A stretch of 64,000 nucleotides of DNA from Rhodocyclaceae bacterium (lineage in GTDB: Bacteria; Pseudomonadota; Gammaproteobacteria; Burkholderiales; Rhodocyclaceae): assembly GCA_039807535.1 (NCBI GenBank), contig JBDHRL010000002.1:3757-67756 (forward strand), read 5' to 3'. Numbering within the stretch: the stretch's first letter is position 1; every line of letters begins with the position of its first letter. The notes beneath the pieces were generated by a model. The model ran no database searches. It was not told the origin of the DNA and saw only the letters and a list, made by a program, of their open reading frames with translations. This document shows positions 19,442 through 30,604 of this stretch, in pieces. Made by a program: the position numbers and the translations under genes.

Positions 19442-22152
19442 GACGGCCGTTCGTCGTGATAGTCGCGCCGGCACAGGCCGCGCACCTCGCACCAGGCGCA
19501 GACCGCATCGCCGCCATGTGCGGGCAGGCCGCTGCCTGCCTCGAGTGCCTCGATGATCGCCGACAGCCGCTCGCCCTGCGCGCGCGCCATGCCCCGCACG
19601 TCGCCCAGAGGGATTTCGGCGGGTTTTTCGCCATCGAGCGACACGTAGGCCGCCTCGCTCACGCGCTCGCCTTGCATGAGGGCATAGCAGGCCAGTTGCA
19701 CATCCTCGCCCGGATCCGCCAGGCGCCGCTTGAGGGCGCGCGCCTCCTGCATCTTGTAGTCGAGCACCGCCTCGCTGCCGTCGGCGCGGCGGTCGAGCCG
19801 GTCAAGGCGACCGGCGAGCACCACCTCGCCCCCGCCCGTCAGCGGCAGGGCGACTTCGCGCTTCATCTCGCCGCCCGCCTGCCGCCAGCCGGCCGCCTCG
19901 CGCGCCCGCTGCCAGGCAATATAGCCAGGCACGCGCGCAAGCCAGCGCGCCAGCCAGGCATGCTCGAGAAAATTCTCCTCGATCCGGGGCGCGAAAATCT
20001 CGCGGCTGATGGTTTCCAGGCCCGCCGCCAGGGCCGCCTCCGATTCGCCCAGGATCTGCGGATATTCGGCATGGAAGCGCTGCAGGATGCGATGCACGAA
20101 TTCGCCGTAATCGCGCTTTTCCAGCGCCTCGCGCACCTCTTCCGCCTCCGTCAGGCCGAGCATGCGGCGCGCAAAGAATTGATAGGGGCAGGCCATCAGG
20201 CTGGCATAAGCGCTGGGCGACACGCGCAGCGGCACCCGCTGCGGCGCGGACGGACGGGGCATGGGCGTGCCGCCGCCCTGCGCCGGCCCCTGCGCCGGCG
20301 CAGGGGGCGGCACCACCACAAGAGCGTCATCCCAGGCGCGTGCATGCAGCACCGACAGCAGGCTCAGTTCCGCGCACAGCAGATTGGCCTCGTCGCCGCG
20401 CATCGTCTGCCAGGTGGCCGTCACCTCCTCGCAGGAGGCGATCAGGCCGGCCAGGTCGTCGCGCAGCCGCGCCGCCGCCTCTGCGGGCAGCGACAGGCCG
20501 AGATCGGCGCGCACGGCCTGATTGCCGAACACGGCGCGGGGAAGCGCCGGCGCCAGATTGTCGCGGTCGGCGCCGATGAGGATGGCGGCATCGAAACGGC
20601 GCAGCCGGGTCGCCGCCAGGTGGGTCATGACGAGCGGGCTGTCGATGCTGCGGTCCAGAAAGGCGGCGTTCTCGAATTCGCGGTTCAGCCATTCGCGCCA
20701 CTCGCCGAAAGTCAGTCGCGCCGATACGGCGGCAAGCTCTTCCCGCCGCACGCGCAGCAGTTCGAGCAGCGTCGTTCCGGCTTCGTCGCCGGCCAGGCCC
20801 GTCAAGGCACCCAGCGCATCCAGCGCCTGCTCCAGCCCTGCCAGCCAGGTTGCGACGGGGGCGCTCGTGCGCGGCATGTGGCGGCGCGCCGCCGCCACGC
20901 GCCCGAGCAATCCTGCCGCTTCGGCAAAGCCGGCCTGCCGTGCCAGCACCGCCTCGAAGCGACCCAGGCCAAAGGCCAGGTTGTGACGCGCCAGTCCATC
21001 TTCCAGTTGCAGCAGGCCGGCCTGGCGCGTTTCCTCCGTCAAGTCGACGAAGACGAAGGGCGATTTGACCAGGTCGAGCAGATCACGATGGTAGGCATCG
21101 GCCGCCACGACCTCGAGCCAGGCATCGATAAGCGCCGCCGCCCGCGTCGTGGACAACTTCCAGCCGGTCTCGTCCTGCACCAGGATGCCGTCGCGCTCGA
21201 GCAGTGCCCGCGCGCGCCGCGCCGCCACACGGTCGGCCGCTACCAGCGCCATATGCCGACGGCCGGCGGCCAGCCAACGCTTTACCTCTCCGGCAACGAC
21301 AAGCGCCTCGGCTTCCAGGCTGGCGGCACCGATCAGCCGCAGACGCCCCTTCAACGGACTTTCCGGCAAGGCCGCACGCGCGGCATCGGCCCGGCTCGCC
21401 AAGGCGGACTCCTCCGCATTTGGAGGCCAGGCGAAGTTGAGCGCCCGGATCACCGGCGCAGCATCGGCCAGACTGCGCTGCGGCTGGAACATCACGACGT
21501 CCTGTCGCGCGGCCCAGGCCTCGCTGAAAGCCGTTTCGATCGGCCGCGGTTCCCCATCGCACAGCATGAAAAGGGGCACCCCTGCCGCGTCGGCCAGCCG
21601 CGTCAAGGATAGCGCCATCGCAGCATGACGACTCGGCGGGCCGGCCGCCTCGGCACGCCAGAGACGATGCACCACTTCGGCCTCGAAACGCAGGGGCTGC
21701 GAGCTGCGCGCATCGTAGGCACGCTCGAGACGCGCCAGAAATTCAGCCTCGTCCTGCGGCAGACGGACAGCGCGCTCGCTCAACTCGTCGAAGAGCGTAA
21801 TCAGCTCGGCACAGATTTCCCATAGCGCACAGTCGGCAAACCAACCCCGCTCGCGCAGCTGCCGGTAGAGCGAGAACTGGCGCAGGCTGTCCGTCTGACC
21901 GCCGGCATGCGCTCCAGCCGCGAGTTGGTCCAGGCTGGCGATGTGCGGCAGCAACAGGGCACGGCCGGCCGCGGCGGCCAGCGCCTGGCGCAAATCAGGC
22001 GCCAGGACGGGGCTGGGCAACACCACCAGAATAGAGGAAAGGTCGGGGATCAGCGCCCGGCAGTCAGCAACGATGCGACGGGCGCAATGGCCCAAGAAAT
22101 CCGCCGAGGCAGGAATGCGGAGGGTAACAACGGGGCGCGCGGCCTCGGGCAT
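19438..22152 (-). CDS. addB: AddB-like PD-(D/E)XK nuclease subunit
   Basis: C-terminal SPSAYASLMACPYQFF, GRLDRLD, VLDYK, CAWCEVRGLCR (1+3 Cys Fe-S staple); stop overlaps addA start (ATGA). Confidence 0.85.
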   Translation of the reverse strand: MPEAARPVVTLRIPASADFLGHCARRIVADCRALIPDLSSILVVLPSPVLAPDLRQALAAAAGRALLLPHIASLDQLAAGAHAGGQTDSLRQFSLYRQLRERGWFADCALWEICAELITLFDELSERAVRLPQDEAEFLARLERAYDARSSQPLRFEAEVVHRLWRAEAAGPPSRHAAMALSLTRLADAAGVPLFMLCDGEPRPIETAFSEAWAARQDVVMFQPQRSLADAAPVIRALNFAWPPNAEESALASRADAARAALPESPLKGRLRLIGAASLEAEALVVAGEVKRWLAAGRRHMALVAADRVAARRARALLERDGILVQDETGWKLSTTRAAALIDAWLEVVAADAYHRDLLDLVKSPFVFVDLTEETRQAGLLQLEDGLARHNLAFGLGRFEAVLARQAGFAEAAGLLGRVAAARRHMPRTSAPVATWLAGLEQALDALGALTGLAGDEAGTTLLELLRVRREELAAVSARLTFGEWREWLNREFENAAFLDRSIDSPLVMTHLAATRLRRFDAAILIGADRDNLAPALPRAVFGNQAVRADLGLSLPAEAAARLRDDLAGLIASCEEVTATWQTMRGDEANLLCAELSLLSVLHARAWDDALVVVPPPAPAQGPAQGGGTPMPRPSAPQRVPLRVSPSAYASLMACPYQFFARRMLGLTEAEEVREALEKRDYGEFVHRILQRFHAEYPQILGESEAALAAGLETISREIFAPRIEENFLEHAWLARWLARVPGYIAWQRAREAAGWRQAGGEMKREVALPLTGGGEVVLAGRLDRLDRRADGSEAVLDYKMQEARALKRRLADPGEDVQLACYALMQGERVSEAAYVSLDGEKPAEIPLGDVRGMARAQGERLSAIIEALEAGSGLPAHGGDAVCAWCEVRGLCRRDYHDERPS

Positions 22153-22167
22153 GGCCTGCGCGGTACG

Positions 22168-22491
22168 TCAGCGTTCCAGCTTGTCCAGCTTATCCTTCGT
22201 CTTGGCCCAGTCGTCGGCGTCGGGCAGGGGATCCTTGCGCTCGACGATCGGCTGCCACAGTTTGGCCAGTTCCGCATTCAGCGCCGTGAAGTGCTTCTGG
22301 CCGTCCGGCACGTCATCCTCGGCATAGATGGCCTCCACCGGACACTCGGCGACGCACAGCGTGCAATCGATGCACTCGTCCGGATCAATGACCAGGAAGT
22401 TGGGGCCTTCGCGAAAGCAATCGACCGGGCAGACGTCCACGCAGTCGGTATATTTGCACTGGATGCAGGATTCGGTCACCACGTAAGCCAT
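22168..22491 (-). CDS. fdxA: 7Fe-type ferredoxin
   Basis: [26 protein letters not shown]...[16 protein letters not shown]. Confidence 0.95.
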   Translation of the reverse strand: MAYVVTESCIQCKYTDCVDVCPVDCFREGPNFLVIDPDECIDCTLCVAECPVEAIYAEDDVPDGQKHFTALNAELAKLWQPIVERKDPLPDADDWAKTKDKLDKLER

Positions 22492-22527
22492 GACGGCGTT
22501 CCTTCTTCTGGAATGCGGAATGTGCAA

Positions 22528-22536
22528 ATTTTAGCA
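22528..22536 (-). promoter_or_regulatory. Extended -10 element upstream of fdxA
   Basis: Minus strand TG-C-TAAAAT, about 36 nt before the fdxA ATG. Confidence 0.45.
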
Positions 22537-22720
22537 TGGGGCCGCCCCCATTTTTTGCCGCGGCTTCCCATGTGACGGCTTTTTCGCTACGATAGCCGGC
22601 ATAGGCAACAAAAGCCCAGCCGGCCCCGGCCCTAAATCCTGCATTACCGCATCAAGAACCCGGTCATCCCATCCCCCCGGCGCATCGGCGGCCGGTCATT
22701 CAACACTTTGCGAGGAAACA

Positions 22721-23047
22721 ATGAGCGAGCACATTCATTACGTCACCGACGCCAATTTCGAAGCCGAAGTGCTGCAATCGGCCACCCCCGTCCTGGTGGA
22801 CTACTGGGCCGAGTGGTGCGGCCCCTGCAAGATGATTGCCCCCATCCTGGACGACGTTTCCAAGGAATATGCCGGCAAGCTCAAGGTGGCCAAGCTCAAC
22901 ATCGACGACAACCAGGAGACGCCGGCCAAGTTCGGCATCCGTGGCATCCCGACCCTGATGCTGTTCAAGAACGGCAACGTCGAGGCAACCAAGGTTGGCG
23001 CCCTGTCCAAGTCCCAGCTTACCGCCTTTATTGACAGCAACCTCTGA
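22721..23047 (+). CDS. trxA: Thioredoxin
   Basis: [13 protein letters not shown] active site; SD GAGGA upstream. Confidence 0.98.
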   Translation: MSEHIHYVTDANFEAEVLQSATPVLVDYWAEWCGPCKMIAPILDDVSKEYAGKLKVAKLNIDDNQETPAKFGIRGIPTLMLFKNGNVEATKVGALSKSQLTAFIDSNL

Positions 23048-23203
23048 AAGACTTACAGTTTTCCCCGTCCTCCCCGCGCCGCGGCAGAAGAAAAACTCTC
23101 CGGCGGCGCGGTTTCGGTTCCAAGTCCCAAACAAAAGTCCCACCATTTTTCCTGAACTTTCCCGGTTCTCCCTTTCGCGCCACCACTTTCTCTTTGAGTC
23201 CCT

Positions 23204-24463
<1,260 letters not shown>

Positions 24464-24475
24464 AGTCCGCGCCCC

Positions 24476-25717
24476 TCAGGCCGGCGCCTGGTCGAGTTCG
24501 AAGGCCCTGTGCAGCACCCGCACGGCCAGTTCCAGATACTTTTCGTCGATCACCACGGAAATCTTGATCTCGGAGGTCGAGATCATCTGGATGTTGATGC
24601 CCTCCTCGGCAAGCGTGCGGAAGGCTTTGCTGGCTATGCCGACATGGGAGCGCATGCCGACGCCAACCACGGACACTTTGGCGATCTTGTTGTCGCCTGT
24701 GATCTGGCGCGCACCGATATGATCCTTGATTTTTTCCAGGAGGGCCGTGGCCTTGGCGAATTCGCTGCGCGGCACGGTGAATGAGAAGTCGGTCGATCCG
24801 TCGTGACCGACGTTCTGGATGATCATGTCGACATCGATGTTGGCTTCGGCCACCGGTCCGAGTATCTGGTAGGCGATGCCCGGGCGGTCGGGCACGCCGA
24901 GAACGGTCAGTTTGGCCTCGTCGCGGTTGAAGGCGACCCCTGAAATGGTCGGTTGTTCCATCATTTTAATGTCATCCTCGAAAGTGATCAGCGTTCCCGG
25001 GCCTTCCTGGCCGGGTTCCCCCAGGCTGGAGAGCACGCGCAGCTTGACCTTGTACTTGCCGGCAAATTCCACCGAACGTATTTGCAGCACCTTGGAACCG
25101 AGGCTGGCCATTTCCAGCATCTCCTCGAAGGTAACCGTCTCCAGCCGGCGGGCCTCGGGAACGATGCGGGGATCGGTGGTATAGACACCGTCGACGTCAG
25201 TGTAGATCTGGCATTCGTCAGCACTCAACGCAGCGGCGATGGCAACTGCGGAAGTGTCGGAACCGCCGCGGCCCAGCGTGGTGATGCTGCCGTTTTCGTC
25301 TACCCCCTGGAACCCCGCCACGACAACCACGAATCCGTTGTCCAGGTCGCGCTTGATGTTCTCGTCGTCGATGCTGATGATGCGCGCCTTGGTGAAGGCG
25401 CTGTCGGTCAGGATCCGCACCTGGCTGCCGGTATAGCTCTTTGCCTTGACCCCGATATCCATCAGTGCCATCGACAGCAGGCCAATCGTGACCTGTTCGC
25501 CTGTGGATGCTATGACGTCCAGTTCACGGGAATCCGGTTGCGCCTGGATTTCCTTGGCCAAGGTGATCAGGCGATTGGTCTCGCCACTCATGGCGGAGAC
25601 CACCACGACAACCTGGTCCCCCTTTGCCCGCCAACTGGCGACGCGCCTTGCGACATGCTTGATTCGCTCGGGAGAACCGACCGAAGTGCCGCCGTACTTC
25701 TGAACAATAAGTGCCAT
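24476..25717 (-). CDS. lysC: Aspartate kinase
   Basis: [24 protein letters not shown], two ACT domains, ISTSEIKIS. Confidence 0.97.
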   Translation of the reverse strand: MALIVQKYGGTSVGSPERIKHVARRVASWRAKGDQVVVVVSAMSGETNRLITLAKEIQAQPDSRELDVIASTGEQVTIGLLSMALMDIGVKAKSYTGSQVRILTDSAFTKARIISIDDENIKRDLDNGFVVVVAGFQGVDENGSITTLGRGGSDTSAVAIAAALSADECQIYTDVDGVYTTDPRIVPEARRLETVTFEEMLEMASLGSKVLQIRSVEFAGKYKVKLRVLSSLGEPGQEGPGTLITFEDDIKMMEQPTISGVAFNRDEAKLTVLGVPDRPGIAYQILGPVAEANIDVDMIIQNVGHDGSTDFSFTVPRSEFAKATALLEKIKDHIGARQITGDNKIAKVSVVGVGMRSHVGIASKAFRTLAEEGINIQMISTSEIKISVVIDEKYLELAVRVLHRAFELDQAPA

Positions 25718-25838
25718 GGGTTGCCGCTTCTAGTGCATTGAAAAGTGGAGAATTTTAACTGATTTAATGTTCCGGCGAAATGCCGTGCCCTCCTGCCGCC
25801 GAACCAAAGCACCTACTGGAATGTCGGATATGCCAAGC

Positions 25839-25867
25839 TTGTATGTAAATAGAATATTGCCTATACT
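25839..25867 (+). promoter_or_regulatory. Putative sigma70 promoter of the HTH gene
   Basis: TTGTAT (25839-25844), 17 nt, TATACT (25862-25867), in an AT-rich spacer. Confidence 0.6.
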
Positions 25868-25938
25868 GGAAACGCCATGACCAGAGTTATGGTTTTTTGG
25901 CTCGGCAATTATTTTACGAAAAGCAAGGACGGCACAGC

Positions 25939-26232
25939 ATGAAAAACAAAACCATCGACGCCCGCGAAATCCGGCACAGGCTCCGCCTCAACCAACAGCA
26001 ATTCTGGTCCCAGATTGGCGTTACCCAGAGCGGCGGCTCCCGCTACGAGAGCGGCCGCAACATGCCCCGCCCGGTGCAGCAGTTGCTCAGACTGGTGCAT
26101 GTCGAGCAAATCGACATCGGCAAGATCAAGCGTGACGACTGGGAAGTGGTGGAATACCTGAAATCCAGCGACCCGGAGTTGTTCAAGTCACTGAAGAAAG
26201 CCGCCAAGGCCAAGGCCAAAAAAAGCGACTGA
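25939..26232 (+). CDS. Small XRE/RsaL-like helix-turn-helix regulator
   Basis: LNQQQFWSQIGVTQSGGSRYESGRNMP; SD AAGGA upstream of ATG 25939. Confidence 0.8.
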   Translation: MKNKTIDAREIRHRLRLNQQQFWSQIGVTQSGGSRYESGRNMPRPVQQLLRLVHVEQIDIGKIKRDDWEVVEYLKSSDPELFKSLKKAAKAKAKKSD

Positions 26233-26239
26233 AGGCCCC

Positions 26240-27094
26240 TCAGGGACTGACCCGGACAGTCAGCCCCATTGCGCGCAGGCGGGCGGCGATCGCATCCAGC
26301 CTGTCTTTTGGCAAATTGGAAAGCCTGCCCGCCTCGGGCTGCATGGAGGGGCGCGCCAGTCCGTACAGATGCACGCCAGCGAGGTTTTCCATGCCTGCCG
26401 CGGCAAGTACGTCGATGTAGGCCTTGATCTCTTCTTCCGTCGGGCCTTCACCATCGATGGCGAAGAGACAGGATTGCACCCAGGTCCGGCAGAGCGTCGC
26501 GCAGCGACGCAGATTGCGCGCAACCAATTCGGGCGACAACTCCACGCCATTGATGCGACGGTAGCCCTCGGCCGTGCCCGCGTCGACCTTGAACCAGACT
26601 TCTCCTTCCAGTACCGCCAGGCGGCGCACGCCCCTCTGAACATGCGCCTGTCCGAACAGGCTGCCATTGGTGATGAGACGGATCGTCACGCCGCCTGCAA
26701 GCCCGGTGTCGCGCAGCACCCTGCCAATCAGATCGATCGCCGCAGGGAATGCTTGGGACGATGTCGGCTCGCCGTTTCCGGAAAACGCGACATCCACGAT
26801 TTGTCGTGCGCCTTCCGGCACCCGCGCCTGCATGAAATCGCCGCGCTGCACCCAGTCGATAAAGTCTCGCAGTTCGCGCTCCAGTAGCGCCAGATCGATC
26901 GGCGGCGCCGCCCCGCGCTTCAGTTCCGGAACCTGGCAATAGATGCAGCGCCAGTTGCAGGCATTGTTGGGATTGAGGTTGATGCCGATCGACACGCCTC
27001 CAGCCCGGCGCGAGAGCACGGGATAGACATAAGTCCGTCCGGCGCTGTCGCGGCTATGGTCCGCCACCCCAAGCTGTCCCGTGCTCCCGCTCAT
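26240..27094 (-). CDS. Radical SAM protein of unknown function (COG0731/Tyw1-like by motifs)
   Basis: CNWRCIYC (CxxxCxxC), FSGNGEPT, LITNGS, FKVDAG. Confidence 0.85.
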   Translation of the reverse strand: MSGSTGQLGVADHSRDSAGRTYVYPVLSRRAGGVSIGINLNPNNACNWRCIYCQVPELKRGAAPPIDLALLERELRDFIDWVQRGDFMQARVPEGARQIVDVAFSGNGEPTSSQAFPAAIDLIGRVLRDTGLAGGVTIRLITNGSLFGQAHVQRGVRRLAVLEGEVWFKVDAGTAEGYRRINGVELSPELVARNLRRCATLCRTWVQSCLFAIDGEGPTEEEIKAYIDVLAAAGMENLAGVHLYGLARPSMQPEAGRLSNLPKDRLDAIAARLRAMGLTVRVSP

Positions 27095-27116
27095 CTCCAG
27101 ATGCCCCAAGGCAGAG

Positions 27117-27125
27117 TGCTATAAT
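27117..27125 (+). promoter_or_regulatory. Extended -10 promoter of queD
   Basis: TG-C-TATAAT, perfect consensus, 32 nt before the ATG. Confidence 0.65.
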
Positions 27126-27157
27126 CCGCGCCGTTTTCCGATCTTGCCAGAGGCACC

Positions 27158-27616
27158 ATGCGCATCACCCGCCGCCTCGAATTCGATTCAGGTCACCGCA
27201 TCCCCGACCACCGGAGCCAGTGCCGCCATCTGCATGGCCATCGCTACGCCGTTGAAATCACGCTGAGCGGCGACATCATTCGCCAGTCGGGATCGCCCTT
27301 GAATGGCATGGTGATGGATTTTTCCGACATCAAGGCATTGGCGAAGTCGAGTCTGGTCGATGCCTGGGATCATGCATTCCTGGTCTGGCGGGACGACTCC
27401 GCGCTGATCAGTTTCCTCGATAGCCTGCCGGGACACAAGACTGTCGTGCTGGACGTGGTGCCTACTGCGGAAAACCTGGCCACCGTGGCATTCGGCCTGC
27501 TCGACCGCGTATATCGCGACACCTACGGCAATCATTTGCGTCTGGAACGGGTGCGGCTCTACGAAACGCCAAACTGCTGGGCCGATGCCCTACGGGAGGA
27601 ATTGGATCATGTTTAG
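27158..27616 (+). CDS. queD: 6-carboxy-5,6,7,8-tetrahydropterin synthase
   Basis: FDSGHRIPDHRSQCRHLHGHRY, MVMDFSDIK, PTAENLA, RLYETPNCWA. Confidence 0.9.
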   Translation: MRITRRLEFDSGHRIPDHRSQCRHLHGHRYAVEITLSGDIIRQSGSPLNGMVMDFSDIKALAKSSLVDAWDHAFLVWRDDSALISFLDSLPGHKTVVLDVVPTAENLATVAFGLLDRVYRDTYGNHLRLERVRLYETPNCWADALREELDHV

Positions 27617-27706
27617 TGGCGGAAGGTGTGAGATTCGAACTCACGGTGCCCTTGCGAGCACGCCGGTTTTCAAGACCGGTGCATTAAACCGCTCTGCCAA
27701 CCTTCC
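27617..27706 (-). tRNA. tRNA-Ser(TGA)
   Basis: GGAAGGTTGGCAGAGCGG...CCGGTCTTGAAAACCGG...long variable arm...GTTCGAATC...CCTTCCGCCA; 90 nt. Confidence 0.97.
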
Positions 27707-27725
27707 CTCCCCGCCGTCCTGACGA

Positions 27726-27752
27726 CTTGAAATCTTATCACGATGCCCCCAC
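27726..27752 (+). promoter_or_regulatory. Putative sigma32 (RpoH) promoter of yccA
   Basis: CTTGAAA (27726-27732), 14 nt, CCCCAC (27747-27752); close to E. coli consensus CTTGAAA-N13-17-CCCCAT. Confidence 0.5.
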
Positions 27753-27834
27753 CCATCCGATTGAAGCATGATTGAAACTTTCACCACTCTTCGCTAGTCT
27801 TACGCTCGCAAGCCCAACACAACGGAGGAATTTC

Positions 27835-28527
27835 ATGCAACCCAACCTACAAGTCGCCGGACAGTCCGCTTCCGGATTGGCACTCCAGCAGAACCGCGTC
27901 CTGCGCAATACCTATCTGCTGCTCGCGCTGTCCCTGGTGCCGACCGCGATTGGCGCACTGATCGGCGTTCAGCTCAATTTCGCCTTCATGGCGGGCAGTC
28001 CGGTGATTTCCTTCCTGCTGTTCCTGGCAGCGGCATGGGGTTTCATGTGGGGCATCGAAAAGACCAAGGACAGCGGCATGGGGGTGGTCCTGCTCCTCGG
28101 CTTTACCTTCCTCATGGGAATCATGCTCGGGCCGATCCTGCAGGTCAGCCTCGGCTTTCGCAACGGCGGCGCGCTCATCGCCACCGCTGCAGCCGGCACC
28201 AGCATCATCTTCTTCACCCTGGCGGGGATCGCCACCGTAACAAAGCGGGACTTTGGCTTCATGGGCAAGTTCCTTTTCATCGGCGTCATCCTGCTGCTGG
28301 TGGCGATGCTGGCGAATATTTTCCTGCAGATTCCGGCGCTGTCGCTAACCATCTCGGCAGTTGCAGTGCTGATCTTCTCGGCCTTCATCCTCCATGACGT
28401 CAGCCGCGTCGTCACTGGCGGGGAGCGCAATTACATCTCCGCGACCCTGTCGATCTACCTCGACGTCTACAATCTGTTCGTGCACCTGCTCAACCTTCTG
28501 CTGGCTTTTGCCGGCGAACGCGACTGA
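27835..28527 (+). CDS. yccA: Bax inhibitor-1/YccA family membrane protein
   Basis: NRVLRNTYLLL, seven hydrophobic segments, ATLSIYLDVYNLF; SD GGAGG; next to tRNA-Ser(TGA) as in E. coli. Confidence 0.92.
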   Translation: MQPNLQVAGQSASGLALQQNRVLRNTYLLLALSLVPTAIGALIGVQLNFAFMAGSPVISFLLFLAAAWGFMWGIEKTKDSGMGVVLLLGFTFLMGIMLGPILQVSLGFRNGGALIATAAAGTSIIFFTLAGIATVTKRDFGFMGKFLFIGVILLLVAMLANIFLQIPALSLTISAVAVLIFSAFILHDVSRVVTGGERNYISATLSIYLDVYNLFVHLLNLLLAFAGERD

Positions 28528-28544
28528 GCCTGGGCGAGTCGGAC

Positions 28545-28572
28545 AAAGGCGGCCGGGGCGGCCGCCTTTTTT
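28545..28572. terminator. Bidirectional intrinsic terminator yccA/rlmD
   Basis: AAAGGCGGCC-loop-GGCCGCCTTT followed by a T run that contains the rlmD stop. Confidence 0.8.
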
Positions 28573-29869
28573 ATTGCCTTTCGAACAGGGCGATGGATTC
28601 GACGTGCGATGTCTGCGGAAACATGTTGGCAATGCCGGCACCCATCAGTCGATAGCCTTTTTCGTGCACCAGCACTGCGGTGTCCCGTGCCAGAGTGGCG
28701 GGATTGCAGGATACATAAACGATACGGTGCGGACCGTCCGCGCCAATTGCCTTGACCAGTTCGATGGCGCCTTCACGCGGCGGATCGACAAGCCACTTGT
28801 CGAGCCGCCCCCAGCCGGCAAGCGTGTCCGGCATCAGTTCGAACAGGTTTGCTACGGCAAATGAAGTCAGGCTGGCAAGCCCGTTCAGCGCCGAATTCTC
28901 TTCGGCGCGTCGCACCAGGGCCGGACTGCCTTCCACGCCAAACGCGTGGGCTCCGCTGCGTGCGATGGGGAGTGTGAAATTGCCCAGGCCGCAGAAAATA
29001 TCTCCGATGCGTTCTCCGGTCTGCGGTTGCAGCAGGCTGATGGCGCGTCGCAGCAACATGCGGTTGATACCGTGATTGACCTGGGTGAATTCATTGGGCC
29101 GGAATTGCATTCCAAGACCAAAATCCGGCAAGGTGTAGCCAAGTGGCGGTGCCTCCAGCGAATGAAAGGGGTAAGCCGAATCAGGCCCGCCCGGTTGCAG
29201 CCAGAACTGGATTTCGTGTCGGTCGGCAAACGCGCGCAGCAAGGTCTCGTCGCCGGCGGTCAGAGGCTGCAGGATGCGCAGAACCAGCACCGTCACCGCA
29301 TCGCCCACGGCCACCTCGATCTGCGGCAGGCGGTCTGGAATGGACAATGCACCGACAAGATGCCGCAGCACGGGCAGCAGTGCCGACACCTTGGGCGGCA
29401 GCACTTCGCAGCTGTTCATGTCGGTGATATAACTGCTGCGCTTTTCGTGAAACCCCACCAGCACGCCTCCCTTCTTCGGAACCAGGCGAACCGACAGGCG
29501 GGCGCGGCTACGATAGCCCCAGGCCGTGCCGCAAATCGCCGGATAGATCACCTCCGGACGTGTGCGTGCAATGTGCCAGAATGCATCCTCCAGGACGCGC
29601 TGTTTGACTGCCGCCTGACCCGGCGCGTCGAGATGCTGCATGCTGCAGCCGCCGCAAATGCCGAAATGCGGGCAGCGCGGTTCGACACGCAGCGCACTCG
29701 AGGACAGTATTTGGCTTGCCGTGGCCAGCTCGTAGTTCGGCTTGCGGCGATAGCTGGAAAAAAGCACCCGCTCCCGTGGCAGGGCGCCTTCGACAAAGAC
29801 GGTCTTGCCTTCATGGCGGGCAATTCCCCTGCCTTCATGATCCAGGGATTCGATGGTGGCTTCGGGCAT
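28571..29869 (-). CDS. rlmD: 23S rRNA m5U1939 methyltransferase
   Basis: TRAM-like N-terminus, [57 protein letters not shown]. Confidence 0.95.
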   Translation of the reverse strand: MPEATIESLDHEGRGIARHEGKTVFVEGALPRERVLFSSYRRKPNYELATASQILSSSALRVEPRCPHFGICGGCSMQHLDAPGQAAVKQRVLEDAFWHIARTRPEVIYPAICGTAWGYRSRARLSVRLVPKKGGVLVGFHEKRSSYITDMNSCEVLPPKVSALLPVLRHLVGALSIPDRLPQIEVAVGDAVTVLVLRILQPLTAGDETLLRAFADRHEIQFWLQPGGPDSAYPFHSLEAPPLGYTLPDFGLGMQFRPNEFTQVNHGINRMLLRRAISLLQPQTGERIGDIFCGLGNFTLPIARSGAHAFGVEGSPALVRRAEENSALNGLASLTSFAVANLFELMPDTLAGWGRLDKWLVDPPREGAIELVKAIGADGPHRIVYVSCNPATLARDTAVLVHEKGYRLMGAGIANMFPQTSHVESIALFERQ

Positions 29870-29968
29870 TTTCAGGCAAAGAGAAATCGGGAGGCGCAAT
29901 TGTATGGGATTTGCATCGGCCCCGGCCTTGTCCTAGGATGGTGCCGATTCATTCGATCGGAAGTCCCC

Positions 29969-30454
29969 ATGCCGGACGGTCTTCTTGAAACATTCGACAC
30001 ACGCGCCGCCTATTTGCAGGCGATTGATGTCATTATTGCGTCCGCCAGGAAGGAGATTTGCGTCTTCGATGCCAATCTCAAGAGCCTCGAATTCGACAGT
30101 CGCGCGCGGGCGGATGCGGTCGCCGGCTTCCTCTCCGGAGGGCGCGACCGCAGTGTACGCATCGTCCTGCACGATCTCGACCATCTGAACCGATACTCTC
30201 CGCGTATGATGGGCTTGCTGAAACGATACAGCCACTGCTTTTCCGTACGCCAGACCCCTGAATCCCTGCGAAATCTCGCCGATTCTTTCGTTCTCGCCGA
30301 TGAGGCACATGGGGTCATCCGTTTTCATGCCGATCATTTCCGCGGCAAGATAATCCTCGAGCAACTCGTGGCGATCCATGATTGGCAACAGCGCTTCGAA
30401 GACCTCTGGCTGGAGTCGCTGCCGGGGGCTTCGGCAACCCATCTCGGCTTATAG
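29969..30454 (+). CDS. Conserved hypothetical protein (161 aa)
   Basis: Globular, non-shadow-like ORF MPDGLLETFDTRAAYLQAIDVIIASARKEICVFD..., divergent from rlmD. Confidence 0.7.
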   Translation: MPDGLLETFDTRAAYLQAIDVIIASARKEICVFDANLKSLEFDSRARADAVAGFLSGGRDRSVRIVLHDLDHLNRYSPRMMGLLKRYSHCFSVRQTPESLRNLADSFVLADEAHGVIRFHADHFRGKIILEQLVAIHDWQQRFEDLWLESLPGASATHLGL

Positions 30455-30604
30455 CGCAACCCACGGAAGCTTCCAAAGCCGAATTCTGGCTTTTTTATAC
30501 AAACTTGATAAAATTGCCGCTTGGCTTGGTTTCCACCTGGCCAAATCCAAAATTTTGGTTGCTGATGCAAACACACGTTTTCTTTTATCGATAAGGGAAC
30601 CCAA

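Noticed and set aside
16136-22152. Helicase plus nuclease pair as a novel defence system
   Set aside because: Domain order, Fe-S cysteines and position beside fdxA-trxA-rho fit housekeeping AddAB.
25718-25938. Lysine riboswitch upstream of lysC
   Set aside because: No recognisable L-box motifs or terminator; the spacer is short and shared with a divergent promoter.
27617-27706. Island at tRNA-Ser(TGA)
   Set aside because: No duplicated 3' end found in the window and no integrase.
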